DNA of 64,000 bases from assembly GCF_009914755.1 (NCBI RefSeq), contig NC_060937.1; one strand, 5' to 3'. Within the stretch, counting starts at the first letter, position 1; the number at the start of each line of letters is the position of its first letter. This document shows positions 12,331 to 27,855 of the stretch, piece after piece. The position numbers and the translations under genes are program-made. Source of the DNA: the human T2T-CHM13v2.0 reference genome, Homo sapiens. Under the pieces are notes generated by a model. It had not been told where the DNA came from and ran no database searches. It saw only the letters and a program-made list of their open reading frames with translations.

Positions 12331-15100
12331 CCCAGCTCCAGCAGGAACCGAGGGCCCTCTGAGGGGGGAGTTATGGTTCCCCCATCACAGGAAGGGAAAC
12401 TGAGGCAGAGAGGTGGGGTCCTGCCCATGGTGACCCATAGTGCAGCCTGGAAGTGCATGGCCGGTCCTGCTTCCACAAAGACATCAGGAAGAGAAAGGGA
12501 GGAAGGGAAGCCCTGGAGATGGCTCTTCTCAGAAGCAAGGGTGTCCATAGGCACCGGCAACTCAGGGTGCAGCTTCATCTCATCTGCTTCTGAGACCCTC
12601 CTGTGAGCTTCCCCTGCAGCGTCAGAACCTAACGGAAGCCACCGTCCCCGTGGCCATGGGCGGCTCCTGGACACAGGCGACTGCCTGTGTGCTGTCTTCG
12701 TCTCTGTAAATTAGCTTGTGTGGATCGCAGGAGGCATTTGCAGGGAGACACCGGCAGGAAGAGGACGGTTTTGTGTTTGCTACGGCTTTTGTCTTTCTGG
12801 AAAGTCTGTAATGAACTGGGCCTCCTGCTCCTCCTCTCCGCTGATGTGGCATGGATTCTGCTTAGTGAGCCGTTCTCCAGTGACCCAAAACACAACCAAA
12901 GGGCAGGACCAAGTCAGAGAAGCAAGGGAGTGCAGGGCCAAGAGGCCAGAGCCCTGAGCTGTGATGAGAGGCTGTGGCCTGTGGACTGCCTGCCCTCTTC
13001 TGTGAGCTGGGACAGCACAGATCTCTGAGCCAGGTCCCTTCAGCACCAGCTGGGCTCAGGGCTGGGTCTTGCTCACCTGGCATCCACTTTGAGTCCCTCC
13101 TTTCCCCGCCGGGCGTCCCTGGTGACGGCGTTCTTGTGTGGCCACAGCAGCTTGGCTTCAGCCTCCGGTTTTGAGTTTCCAGCTTCAGCAGTGTGGGGCC
13201 CGCAGTGGTGGAGGGTTTCTGTCCTGTCACTGGATCACGCCTGGTGCCTCCCTGGTGCTGGCCCTGCAGGTCCTGCCTCAGTGTCCCCAGGTCACTCCTG
13301 ATGTGGCTTCTATTTGACTTGGCCGCCTGTCCCCCGGGGACCTACGCTCGTGACGGCAGGGGTCTCTGTTCCCCCGCTGTGGGTCCTGTGGGTCTGCTCT
13401 GGGGCCCGTGGTGCACAGTGGAGATGTGGGCGGTGCGTGTCTCCCCAGTGGCTGCTGACCCACTCTGTGGCGAGTCTCAGCTCCACCAGGCGGCTCAGCC
13501 CTGCCTCCCGGGTAGGAGCCCGAGGTTGGCCAGGCTGGGCCCAGGCTCGGGAGGGCCATGCTCCCTGCACTTCCTGGGCCCCCGCTTGCACCACGGTGTT
13601 CAGGGCACGCTGCAGTGCACAGGGGAGGGGTTGGGAGGTGACTGAGAGTCCCATTCCCGCCAGCTCCTGGGGCCGGCCGGGTGCAGCTCACTCTGCCTCT
13701 CCTGCACCTGCACCCGTCCCCCAATTAGTAAGAATAACGTGTCCTATTCCTTTTGTTTTTGTCATTTCACTTGAGTTGTGTTTTCCTGGGGCCCTAAGAC
13801 TTTCTTATCCCAAACGGAGGCCATGTCTACCGGCCAGGCAGTGAGACCATTCCAGAAGGTTCTCTGTGGCCCTGCAGCCAGGAGGCGGCACATGGGAGTC
13901 TCAGCATCTAGAATGGCCCAAAAGATGGGGCTTCCAAGGACCTGGCCGGCAGCCCCCAGCCCAGCCCCCGCCCTCAGCTCCTTCCCCATCCTGGCCTCCC
14001 GCTCTGCCGCCCCGCCTGGCCCAGGAGGCCCTTCTGCCCCCGGTCCCTGCCTCTCTAGGAACGGGGTATTTGTTCTACTTCAAATGCGCCCATGACTCCA
14101 GCTGGCTCTGGTGCCCTTTGAGACCGTGGAGCCTCCAGCGGGGGCTGCAGCCTTCACCAGCACTGTGGTGAGTGTGGGGGATTTGGCAGCGTGTCACGGG
14201 CATTCCCAGCACGTCTCAGCTACACACACAGGTGGGGCGGGCCTGGGGCTTTGCATTCCCACCTCGGCTCTGGGACCCCCAGAGCCGGGCACCGTGGGAA
14301 TTGAGGAGGGCCTGACCTTCCCTGGGAGCCGGGGACGGCACCAGGCCAGCCAGTTCAGCCGCATCCCGACGCCCAGGGGTCGCAGGGGGAGGTGGGGGCG
14401 CACAGGTGCTTCCTCCAGACTCTCTCATAAGGGGTGAGGGCGTTTCCCGGAACGGGTGTGGCAGCCCTGATGTAGACGCAGACGCTTCCACCACCTGTGT
14501 GGCCTTGGAGGCCCAGGCATCTGCTTTCCTCCCAGGAGGGCCAGGCTGCCCGCGCCTCTGTGCAGCCACGGGGACAGGACCCTGCAGGGCAGACCTCGCA
14601 CAAGGCGCAGGTGCTGCAGGCTGAGGCAGGCCCGGTTTACTCCCCACCTCCGCATCTGGACGCCAGCGGGTGTCCCGGAAAGGGGCTGGCAGCCGCGTCT
14701 CGGCAGAGCCCCTTATTCAGGTCATTGCGTGAATCTGTGTGACCAAGGAATCACCGTTGCCACCTTTCACGTTATTTTCAAAATGATTCACTTTAGAAAC
14801 ATACTTTTAAAATGCTGTTCTCAGACATACGGCTGACATTTGGGGCCAGTCTGTGGACGCCCTCCACCGGCGTTCTGCAGCTGGGGCTCCAGGTCAACTC
14901 AGCCTTCAGGATGCTCTGGGGACCCTCGCTTTCCCTGGGAGGCAAGTGAGGCCCTGGCCGAAGCCCGTCCACGCCATCCAGGCAGCATCGGGGTCTCACT
15001 GTCAGGGGCCCTCTGCTCCCCTCCTCCTGAGCTCACCTGGAGGCTGCGTCCTCAGAGCGGCCCCCTCCATGCACCCAGCCGGCCCGCCCCCCGCACGTAC

Positions 15101-15212
15101 CCCACCGGGACAGGGTGCGGCCCAGCATCTGCCCCGTGTCCGGGTTCCAGCAGTAACGCTGGAACTCCTCCATGCGCTGGCCACACGTCTTCTTCTCCTG
15201 CAGAGCCGCCAT
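15101..15212 (-). CDS. ATP4B: ATP4B exon 1 CDS ([37 protein letters not shown])
   Basis: ATG at 15212-15210 in good Kozak context (ACGATGG). 112 nt, |gtacgt donor. Exon sum 112+129+114+200+57+102+162 = 876 nt. Confidence 0.97.
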
Positions 15213-15290
15213 CGTCCCTGGCCTGAGATCCTCCCGTCTGCTCCCTGCACCCTCTACGCCCAGACTGAGGCCAGATGCCCACCTCTGGGC

Positions 15291-15366
15291 TTTATAGTTT
15301 CCTCTGCCAGAGGTCAAAGGCATCGCAGGCGAAGGATCCCAGGGAGAGGCCAGGGCCGAGTTATCA
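15291..15366 (-). promoter_or_regulatory. ATP4B: ATP4B core promoter: TATA box and GATA site
   Basis: TATAAA on minus at 15291-15296, about 80 nt upstream of the ATG. TGATAA on minus at 15361-15366. GATA4/6 regulation of gastric proton-pump genes is established. Confidence 0.75.
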
Positions 15367-16649
15367 GCGCCGGCCATCGCCTCACCAAACACCAGGGGCT
15401 GGGTGCAGCCCGGCTGTTGCCCCTGGGGCGGGCCAGGCCCGCTTTCCTCACCCTGCTGCTCTTGGGACGCCCTTGGCTGCAGCTTTGTCTGCTCTGATTG
15501 CGGTGAGGGCACGTTCCGGGGTGAGCAGCACTCACAGGCCCTTCCCCTTCCCTCCTCTCCTTCAGGAGGGAGATTGAGGTCAGAGCAGAGCCGGCCTGGA
15601 CCCACTGTGTCCACGACCTTGGGCTGAGCCAGCTGGGGCCGCATCCCTGGCCTGGGAGGGCGTGAGGCAGGCGAGTGAGGGGCGACCGGCTCCCTGGGCC
15701 CCCCGCTGCGGCCGCCCCGATTCTGGGTCACCCAGTGGAAGGGTGAGCCTGGCAGCTGGAGCTGGGTTGGCAGGGAACACAGGGGTCCCCGGGGACTCCT
15801 CTGCCTCCCAGATTCACCCAGAGCAGCAATAGCCTCTTAGATCCCCAGAGGGCAGTGGCACCGAGGGCCCTGTAGGATTTTTTTGTGTCCATGGAGGAAT
15901 TCATAAACACAAACCCCTAAATCTAGTGGTCCTCAAAATGAAGTGCACAGGAGCCCTGAGCATCTGTTGAATGCAGATTCAGCCCAGCGAGTCCTGTGGG
16001 GGCCCCAGACTGCATTTCTAACAGTGCTGGTGGGAGGGAGTAAGGCAGGGTCCAGGTGGGGGATGCTCAGCCTGGGCAGTACCTCGGGGTCACCGGGGGT
16101 CCAGGCAGTGCACTGGGGTCACAGGGCCGGGGCAGGGACCATGAAGTCATCACTGCCCACTTCCGCCCGGAGATTCTGCCTGAGCCTCTCGCCCATGGGT
16201 CCGAGCACCAGGACGTGGAGGGCTCCCAGGCAGTCTTGTTGGGCGGCACACTTCAGAACCCCGGCTCAGAGGCTTTGCTGTTGGAGACAGGGGTCCTGGA
16301 TGGCAGATGCCATTGCTGCCTGCTGGCTGCAGTGCCCATCTCTGCAGGAGGTTGATGGGAATGCAGGGCAAATGAAATGTGCTCAGGGGCCTTCTGACAA
16401 ATATGATTCGAAGTCGACTAGCCCTGTGTGTCCAGAATTACATGCAGAGTTTCCCATACTGTCAACTCTAGGCCGTCCCTCTCAGGGACCCGTGTAACCA
16501 AATTCATTTCTTAGAAGAAACAAAATTCCTCTAGGCATTACGCTGCTTTAATTTTTTAGGATAATTTAGAGTTTGCAAAATAATTGCCCTAAAATTCAAA
16601 TGGAATGATGTCATTTTAGCCTGGATTCCTATCATTTCTTTTCTTTTTT

Positions 16650-16801
16650 TTAATTTCTAATTTTTATTTCTTTTATTTTTTTGTAGAGATGGGGTCTCCC
16701 TATGTTGCCCAGACTGGTTTAGAACTCCTGAGTTCAAGGGATCCTCCCACCTCGGCCTCCCAAAGTGTTAGGATTACAAGCGTGAGCCCCTGCGCCCAGC
16801 C
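16650..16801 (-). mobile_element. Alu left monomer (FLAM-like)
   Basis: T-rich tail, then gtagagatggggtctc...ccaaagtgttaggattaca...gcgcccagcc. Confidence 0.85.
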
Positions 16802-17299
16802 ATAATTTCTTAATGGACCTATCCTTCCTTTAACATTGTACCCATTTCTGACTTTGGAATGTTAGGGCGATAAGAACACAGGGTCTGGCAGTAAAGGCCA
16901 CAGTCTGATTGTTCACAGACTGTGGCCCTGGGACCCCAGAGTGCCAGGGGTCTGACAACACCTGGATGCAGCAACTGTTGTCTGTGAAGGGTATAGATGC
17001 TCTTGAAATGAACAAAGTATGAATTATTTCTAAACATCTTTGAATTTAGTCTTCCTAATGTAGTCTCTGAATTTCCAGAAGCAGGTACATGTGCTGAGCT
17101 GTACACATGTTATCAGAATGACCTTCTTCTGGACACATACGTGTGGGGAGGAGGGCCAGAGACCTTGGTAGAGGGCAGTTTCCCCACAGCATGCTCTGAA
17201 AACATAGAACTAGGTGCTCTATACAAATTGGGTGCCAGACAATGAGGGGGGCCCAGAATCCCACCCACATCTGGCAGCCACCGGTCACCCCTCTCTCCC

Positions 17300-20200
17300 C
17301 CCATCTGAGTGGTGTCAGACACAACGTAGTAGAAAGTTAGGACTGTGACCACCACACAGTGACAAGGCCACCTCCCACTGTGGTGTCAGTGGAGACCATA
17401 TGGAAAGCCAGGACTGCTACCCACCCACCCAACAGTCCTCAGGAGCCCACCCAAAGGTTCCCAGTGGGAAACCTAGACTTCTGGCCCCACATGGTGTTAA
17501 CAAGGTGAAGCCTCTCCCTTTTGCTGCTGAAGTGGGGTCAGAGAAAGCCAGTAAAAAGAGAAGGATTAAATAATATGAAAACGTCTGGGTTTCAGTAGAT
17601 AACCACTCATCACACAAAGAACGAGGACGATTTTAAGATGAATTAATACAAAGCTGGGTGTTTTGGCTCATGCCTGTTATCCCAGAGCTTTGGGAGGCTG
17701 GACTGAGAGGATCGTTTTAGACCAGGAGTTCCAGACCAGCCTGGGCATCTCTGCTAAAAAATTAAAAAATTCTAAAAATGAATTTAAAAAGACAATATAT
17801 GCCAACACCAAGGTGACAGAGATGTTAGGATTAGCTGCCAAAAATTTTAAAGCAGCCATGATAAAAATGCTTGAATAGCAATTACAAACAAGCCTGAAAC
17901 AAATGAAAAACTAGAAAGCTGCAAAATATGGAAAGCAAACTGATAGAACTAAAAGTAGACATAAACACATCCACAATTATAGTTGGAGATCTCAACACTC
18001 CTCTCTTAACAATTGATAGAACAACCAAATAGAAAATTAGCATGGATACGGAAGAACTCAACATCATCAACCAACAGGATGTCATTGACATTCGCAGAAT
18101 ACTCAACAGAGAATACACATTCTCTTTAAGTCCCCATGAAATATATATCAAGATAAGCTGTATCTTGGGCCATAAAGGAAGTCTTAGCAAATTTAAAGAA
18201 TTCAAATCATACAGAGTATGTTCTCCAATCACAATGGAATCAAATTAGATATTAATAACAAAGATAACAGAAAAACCTCCAAATATGAAACCTGAACAAC
18301 ATACTTCTAATACTCATGAGTCAAAAAGGAAGTTTCAAGGGAAATTTAAAAATACATGGAACTGAATGAAGAAAAAATACACCATATAAGAACTCAAGGG
18401 ACATAGCTAAAGCAGTATTAAGAGGAAAATTTATAGCACTAAAAATGCATATTTTAGAAAAGAGGACAAGTCTCAAAAACCCTAAGCTCTCATCTCACAA
18501 ATGTAGAAAAAGAAAAGCAAGTAAAACAAAGCAAAAGCAAGCAAGCAAACAACAGCAGCAACAAAAACAAGCAGAAGGAAGAAATTAAAAGATAAGAGCA
18601 GAAACCAATGAACTTGAAAATGCAAAAGCAATAGAAAGGACTAGTTCTTTGAAAATGTAAATAAAATTAATAAACCTGTAGCTAGAGAGAAGGCTGAGAT
18701 AACTGATAGCAGGAATAAAATAGGAGCTATCACTACAGACCCTGCAAACATCAAAAAGATAAGGAAGGAAATACTTGCGCAATTCTACATACATAAACTT
18801 TACAACTTAGATAATGGGCTGCTTCATCAAAAATCACAACTCACCCGATTTCAAATAGATAATGTAAATAGCCTATAACTATTAAGGAAACTGAATTAAT
18901 AATTTAAAATCTCCCAATAAAGAAACCTCTAGGCCCAGATGATTTCATGGGACAATTCTACCAAACACTTAATAGAGAACACCAATTCTTCACCATCTTT
19001 TGGAAAATAGAAGAAGAGGAAATATTTTCCAACTCATCTTATAAGACCAGTGTTACCTTTATAACAAAATCAGACAAGGATAGTTCAAAAAAGAGAACTA
19101 CAGATCAATATCCCTCATGAATATAGATGCAAAAACCATAAATAAAATTTGGTAAGTTGAATCCAACAAAGTATAAAAAGCAAATGCCATGACCAAGCGG
19201 GATGTATTCCAGGAATGCAAGGCTGGTTCAGTATTCAAAACCCAATCAGTGTGATCCACCACATTAACAGGCTGAAGAAAAACCACACAATCATATCAAT
19301 CAGCAAAGAAAAAGCATTTGATGAAATTCAGCTTCCATGTGACAAAAGCTCTCAGCAAACCAAGAGTAGAAGGAAGCCTGTTCAACTTGATTAAAAGCAT
19401 TGACAAAAAACCCACAGCTAACAGTATGCCCAATGGTGAAAGATGAAACGTTTTTTACCCCAAGACCGGGAACAAGCCCCTCATTTTTATCCAACATTGT
19501 ACTGGAAGTTCTAGCTAGAGCAATGAACAAGAAGAGGAAATAAAAAGCATGAATATCAGAAAGGAAGAAATAAAACTGTCCTTATTTGCAGATAACATGA
19601 ATGCTTATGTAGAAAATCTCAAAGAATCCATAACAAAACTCCTACAGCTGTTAAGTGAGTTTAGCAAGGTCTCAGGATATGAGATGAAGGTGCAAAAATC
19701 CACTGTACATCTATATACTAGCAATAGGCATATGGATACCAAAATTAAAAACACAATACCATTTATGATTGCTCAACACCAAGAGGAATATTTAGGTGTT
19801 AATAACAAAACATGTACAGGACTTGCATGCTGAAACCCATGTAATATTGATGAAAGAAATTAGAGTTTGAATAAATGGAGACACACACTATGTTTGTAGT
19901 GTGGAAGACTCAACATAACAAAGAGATCAATCTCCCCAAATTGATATAGGGTGCAACATAATTCCTATCAAAATCCAGACACAATGTTTTTGGTAGATAT
20001 ATACAAGATTATTCTAAAATTTATATAGAAAAGCAAAGGAACTAGAATAAGTAAATATTTTCTTGCATATTTTGAACATAGGGTTTTTTAAACATTTTTT
20101 GAAATTTTTTTTGAAAAACAAGAATAAAATGGGAGGACTCAGTCTACCCAATTTCAAAGCTTATTATGTAGCTGTGGTGATCAAGATTGTATGGTATGGT

Positions 20201-21506
20201 CAGAGGGAGACACATAGATCAATGGAACAGAAGAGAAAATCCAGAGGTGGACCCACACAATATGTGCAACTGATTTCTGACAAAGGCGCAAAAGGAATTC
20301 AATGAAGCAAAAATAACCTTTTCAACAAACAGTGCTGGAGCTATTGGATATCCATTGGCCAAAGGGGGAGGAAAAAGACCTTCAACCTCTTAAACCTTCT
20401 ATAAAAAGTAACCCAAAGTGGATATGAACGTAAATGTAAATTGTAAAACTATAAAACTTTTAGGAAAAATATGGGAGAAAATCTTCAAGATCTGGGGCTG
20501 GACAACACCAAAAGCACAATCTATAATATTTATATTCAACAAAATTTAAAACTTCTGCTCTATGAAAGCCCATATAGAAAGGAGGCAAAGAGAAGCTATC
20601 ACTGGGAGAGGATATTCGAAAACCGCATGTCTGACAAAGGACTGCTATCTGATATTGATAGAATCTCAAAACTCATGACAGGAAAGCAAACAATCCAGTT
20701 GTTACATGGTCAAAAGATGTGAAGAGACATTTCACCCAAGAGCACGCACAGATGGCAATGCACACATGGAAAGGTGTTCTTCCACCATTAGGGAAATGTA
20801 AATTACAACCGTAAGGGAATACTCCACACCTACCAGGAGGGCCAAAACAAGACTGTGGCAGCGCTAAACTCTGGGGAGGATCCTGAGGAAGAATCTGCTC
20901 ACCATCGCTGGTGGGAATGTAAAATGGCACGGCCACTCCAGAAAACAGCTTGCCGGTTTCTTCAAAACTAAACGTGCAATTACGACACTTTTAGGCATTT
21001 ACCCCAGAGAAATAGAAACTTCTATTCACACAAAGGCCTACACAGATGTTTATAGCAGCTTTATAGCTAAACACTGGAAACGATCCAGCCGTCCTTCAAC
21101 CGGTGAACGGCGAAACGGACTGTGGCACTCTCCTCTGTGGAGCACACCACAGAGACGAGGAGGGAATGGCTGACACCTGGGAACAGTGCTGAGTGAGAAA
21201 TGCAGGTCCTGAAAGGCTACATAGTGTCTGACTCCATTCATGTGACGTGCTTAGAGAAGTCGTGGTTGCCGGGCATTGAGCAGGGCGGGCTGGGGGAACT
21301 TCGGTGCATCTGTGAGCAGCACAGGAGGGTCCCGTGGATGGAGGCGGCCTCTGTCTCAGCCATATGGATGCCAATATCCTCGCTACTTGGCAAGATGTCA
21401 TCATTACAGGAGACAGAGTTAAGGGTACACAGGATCTCTCTGGATTGTTTCTTAACATGGCATGTAAATCCACAATTATCACAGAATAAAGAGTTTAATT
21501 AAAAAG
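17300..21506 (+). mobile_element. Degraded L1 (L1MC/L1MD-like), with a small Alu monomer at about 17654-17765
   Basis: ORF2 relics in the ORF track (DTEELNIINQQDVIDI; KEEIKLSLFADNM.AYVENLKES; GGLSLPNFKAYY.A.VIK.VWYG). 3' end gggtacacaggatctctctg...catgtaaatccacaattatc...aataaagagtttaatt. Confidence 0.85.
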
Positions 21507-21719
21507 GGATTTTCAGGGCCAAATGAATTTGGGAAACGACATACTTTACTTCTCTTTGAGAGACACGTTCACTCTGAAATCACTGAATAAACCCTGTGAT
21601 GGACACGTTTCACATATTTTTAACTTTGCTTGTTTAACATATTTAACTTTATTTAACCGAACGCTTCCCAACATGACTGCAGGTGGAACGGCCCCCAGTC
21701 CAACAGGAAGCCATCCTCC

Positions 21720-21860
21720 TCAGACCCTACGCCTCCACAGCATCAGCACCACCTGTGAGCTTGTTACAGGTGCAGTCTTGGCCCACCTGGCCACTGAAGC
21801 AGACTCTTTATTCCAGCAAGGTCTCCGGGCGATTCATGTGTGTAGCTGTTTGAGGCATGA
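21720..21860. mobile_element. MER5-like hAT relic
   Basis: cagcatcagcaccacctgtgagcttgttac..tgcag..ctgaagcagactct...gattcatgtg resembles the recalled MER5 consensus. Confidence 0.55.
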
Positions 21861-22395
21861 ACCAGGACAGGCAGCGAGACGTCAGCAGAGACGGCTACAC
21901 TTCACAAAGCACCACAGTTGCCCCATTGGGTGAGCAGGCAGGAAGGAGTTAACGTGATCCGCCCAAGGTCACTGCTGTGAAGGGCAGGGCTGGGCCCGTG
22001 CAGGGCTCCTGGTGAACGATGGGATATCACTCACCTCAAATATTTACTCGTGATCCACCTGCCAAAGCCCTCAGGAGACCGTGGGGACGTCGGCTCGGTC
22101 TGCGGGCCCTCGCTTCGGCCTCTGTAGACCCTGCCAGGTGCAGCCCCCAGTGCCCTCCCACAGTTGCCTCTTCTCCCACGTGGAATGGGGTGGGCTGACA
22201 GTCTCCACCTCTCTATGCTCCGGCATTCTTCCTTTCTGCGACCCTTTGCTTCCTCCCTGTGTGAGCTGGAACCAATCCCCTGCTGAATTCCTCCTCATTC
22301 TTCTCCAAACCTTTATTGAGTACCTACTGTGTGCTGGAATAAGACAGGCAGGGCCATGCCCTCATGAAGCTGACAATCCTATTGGTGTGACCATC

Positions 22396-23640
22396 CCCAG
22401 GTGTGTCCCAGGTGTGTTGCAGGTGTGTCCGAGGTATGCCCCAGCTGTCCCAGGTGTGCCCCAGCTGTCTCAGATGTGCCCCAGCTGTCCCAGGTGTGTC
22501 ACAGCTGCATTGCAGGTGTGCCCCAGTTGCATTCCATGTGTGCTCCAAGTGTGTACCAGCTGTCCCAGGTGTGTCTCAGGTGTGCCCCAGCTGTATCCCA
22601 GGTGTGCCTCAGCTGTCTTAGGTGTGTCTCAGGTGCATCCCAGGTGTGTCTCAGATGTGCCCCAGCTGTCCCAGGTGTGCCCCAGCTGTCCCAGGTGTGC
22701 CCCAGCTGTCTCCAGTGTGTCCCAGCTGTGCCCCAGGTGTGTGTCCTAGGTGTGCCTCAGCTGTCTCAGGTGTGCCCCAGGCATATCCCAGGTGTGCCCC
22801 AGCTGTCCCAGGTGTGTCCTACGTGTGCACCAGCTGTATCCCAGGTGTGCCCCAGGTGTGTCTCAGATGGGTCCCAAGTGTTCCCCAACTGCATTTCAGG
22901 TGTCTCAGGTGTGCCCAAGCTGTCCCAGGTGTGTCCAAGATGTGCCCCAGGTGTGTCTCAGGTGGGTCTCAAGTGCCCCAGCTGCATTTCAGGTGTCTCA
23001 GGTGTGCCCCCCAGTGCATCCCAGGTGTGTCCCAGGTGTGCCCCAGGTGCATCCCAGGTGTGTCCCAGGTGTGCCCCAGCTGTCTCAGGTGTCTCAGGTG
23101 TGCCCCAGGCATATCCCAGGTGTGCCTCAGCTCTCCCAGGTGTGTCCTACATGTGCACCAGCTGTATCTCAGGTGTGTCTCAGGTGTGCCCCAGATGTGC
23201 CCCCGGTGTGTCTCAGGTGGGTCCCAAGTGTTCCCCAGCTGCATTTCAAGTGTCTCAGGTGTGCCCCAGGTGTGCCCCCGCTGTCCCAGGTGTGTCCAAG
23301 ATGTACCCCAGGTGTGTCCCAGCTGTCCCAAGTGTGTCTCAGGTGTGCCCCAGGTGTGTTCCAGGTGTTCCCCAGCTGTCCCAGCTGTCCCAGGTCTCAG
23401 GTGTGCCCCAGGTGTGTTCCAGGTGTTCACCAGCTGTCCCAGCTGTCCCAGGTCTCAGGTGTGCCCCAGGTATGTTGCAGGTGTTCCCCAGCTGTCCCAG
23501 CTGTCCCAGGTGTGTCCCAGGTGTTCCCCAGGTGTGTCCCAGCTGTCCCAGGTGTGTCCCAGATGTGCCCCAGGTGTACCCCAGGTGTTTCTCAGGTGGA
23601 TTCCAGGTGTGTCCCAGGTGAGCCCCAGCTGTATTCCATA
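22396..23640. repeat. ~1.25-kb degenerate minisatellite of ccaggtgtg / ccagctgt units
   Basis: Continuous 10-12 bp variants with larger internal re-duplications. Confidence 0.95.
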
Positions 23641-24072
23641 TGCGTCCCTCTGAGTGGGGCCTTGGTTTGATGTAGCTCCGGGGATCTTCTGCTCCCTGGT
23701 CCTGGTGTCACCAGCAACTGCCTCTTGACAATCCTGCCTTGCCTGCAAACCCCAGGTGAGAAGAAGACAAATGACTGGGAACTGACCCCTCAGTAAGCGC
23801 TGGTGGTCTCACCTACAGACCCCCAGGAAGCTGGTCACTGTGGGCTTCTTTTCCTCTCTAAATTCCTATTATCAGGTGGTTTTCTTTCTCATTTGCTATT
23901 TTCTTAAAAATAAAAATAGGGAAAAACAGCCTTTGTAAATTACGGTTTCTTCCGGCTCCATCCTCTCCGTCAGGCCCACATCCCAAGGAAACAGCAGGCT
24001 TGAGCCTGGCTGCTGAAGCCAGGGGCTGGATGGAGCAGCTCAGAACAGAGCTTTGAGTGCCTCTCCAGCCAG

Positions 24073-25472
<1,400 letters not shown>

Positions 25473-26707
25473 TGAAGAGGGGCAGGGTCTCCGGATTCTT
25501 TGCCATGACTGTGGAAGACTTTCCAGGGCCCTGGCTCCTCTGATCGCAGCGAATGCAGGAGGAACTGAGGCAGGACGGAGGCAGCCTCGCTCTGATGACA
25601 GTTTCTGTGAGGCAGAGCCTGGCGTGACGCCGGGGGCAGGAACTGTTCCCCTGAGTGTGCTGTCCTCGGGGGTGGGAGTGAGCGACGGGCACGCAGGCCG
25701 CTCTAAGTTTCATCCGCTCTGCCCACTGGCGTCAGACTGTGCATCTGGGGCAGGATCAGCAGAAGCTGCTTACAGGTCTTAAGGGTGAGGGGCAGCGGCT
25801 GTGCCGGGTGTGGACGTGATCTCCTGAGCCAGCCCCCTGCACTTTGACTCCACGTGGCTCCTGGCCCCTCTCCCACCACGCAGCTGTGTTGAGTGCACAG
25901 GAAGCTCTTAGGGTTAAGCAGCAGCCACTGTGCACCCTGGCTCTGCGGAACCTCAACCCTCAGTGAAGGTGAAATACCAGGTGCTCACAGCGCTGGGCGG
26001 AGGCCCTGGAACATCTGCGTGTTCTCGCCGTGGAACTCGGGGCGAGTAACTATGCTGTGTGGTTGTAGCAGTAATTTTTAAAAATTAGCTTTCTTGACAT
26101 CTAATTCCCCCACCGTGCCATTCACATCTAACTGTAAATTTAACCCAACATTCAGCCTCTTTTCCTGACTTCCGTCACCAAACTGAACTCCATACTGACA
26201 TCAACTGAACACCTCCCCATGTAAGTGCAGAAAGGGGCCTCCGACATCAGGAATTCCCTCTTCAAAGAGGGATGTGCTATCCTTATCCAGACACTTACAA
26301 ACTCGTTCAATGGAGCATTGTGAGGTTTCAAAATAAAGACAAAATGAAGCAGAGTGGTGAGGGGGTTTGGGAGGTGCTGGTCTGGGAGCCCAGCCCACGG
26401 GGGCCTGGACAGGAGGGAGGGCTGTGGCTGCAGGATTGCTGGGCAGGCGGGGCTGGCAGGGTCCTCACCCATGTTGCTCAGCCTTGGGGCTTGAGCCTCC
26501 CCTTGCCAGAGGCTGGCCCAGAAGACCAGAAGTCCCCTGTATGTGAAGGAATTCACATGTCTGGTTTTCTGAAATGGGGGTGCAGGCATGTTTTGAAGTC
26601 ATTTGCAATTGCTTTGTGAAAGGCGCATTTAAAGCATGTTTGCGACTGCTCCGTGGCTGTGTGCAGTGGGCGTGGCCGGGTGCACACGGTCTCTGCGATG
26701 CACCTAG

Positions 26708-26884
<177 letters not shown>

Positions 26885-27702
26885 TAAGGGCTGGGCCAGA
26901 GGGCACGAGGGGGCCCCGCTGTCCCACTGGGTCAGGGTTTCCAGGGCCCGGGCTCCTTTCCACAGGCAGAGCCATGGTGGCCCCAGGCCTGCCCTCGAGG
27001 GAAGCCTTGCACCCATCACAATCCCCTTCTCGCTGTTGGTTCCTGAAACAATGCACCCTGGACCCACATCGGAGCAGGAGCCTGGGAGGCGCCCAACCTG
27101 ACAATCAGGGCTCGTCCTGTGTGTGGTCTTGGTGTGGGTGTGGGAGGCACGTGGTGCTGTGGGGGACGTGTGATGCAGTCGGCGGGGCCTCTGCAGGGCT
27201 GAGGGCCTTGCACCAGGAGGGTAAATGAAGACGAACTTCACCAGCGCCCACTCCTAGGGCTGACCCTAGAGCTGGAGACAAGATCAGTCCAGCTGGGGGC
27301 CGTGATCTTGCTGTCCCCAGGCAGAGAGGAGGTGGCGCTGCCTCCACAAAGTCCTGCCCCGGATCTGCCGCTGAGACAGGCCCCAGGCCCGTGCTGGGGA
27401 TCAGATCACAGGCTCGCTTGGTAGCTGGGCCGCTTAGCCACTGCGTGCTTCTGTTTCCTGGTCTGTAAAATGGGGAGAGATAATATCTGAGTCCAGAGAC
27501 TGTCCGGAGATTAAGACAATACGTGTGAAATACCTGCAGTGTCTGATGCCCGTAAGGTTAGCAGTGGGCAGGGGCCATGGCTGTGGCTGGCAGCACCATG
27601 CCCCATTCTCACCTGCTTTTAATTTCCAAGGAAATTCCTCCAGGTGAGGCTGGTGGCCCCATTTTTCAGATGAGAAATGTGAGTCCAGACTAAGTCACCA
27701 CG

Positions 27703-27855
27703 CGGAGGGGGCACTGGGAAGCGCAGACACAGGGGTGCCCAGGCGGAGGGGAGGGGGCGCTGGGAAACGCAGACACGGGGTGCCCAGGCGGAGGGGAGGG
27801 GGCGCTGGGAAACGCAGACACGGGGGTGCCCAGGCGGAGGGGAGGGGACATTGGG
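27703..27855. repeat. 45-46 bp G-rich minisatellite, about 3 copies, GRK1 intron 2
   Basis: tgcccaggcggaggg recurs at 27736, 27781 and 27827. Confidence 0.9.

Noticed and set aside
17882-20722. L1 ORF2-like peptides (endonuclease and RT fragments)
   Set aside because: Fragmented by stops and frameshifts, so this is a dead element and not a gene.
22401-23670. ORFs of 306-406 aa rich in C/P/V/Q
   Set aside because: They are translations of a stop-poor minisatellite open in several frames, with no domain or splice evidence.
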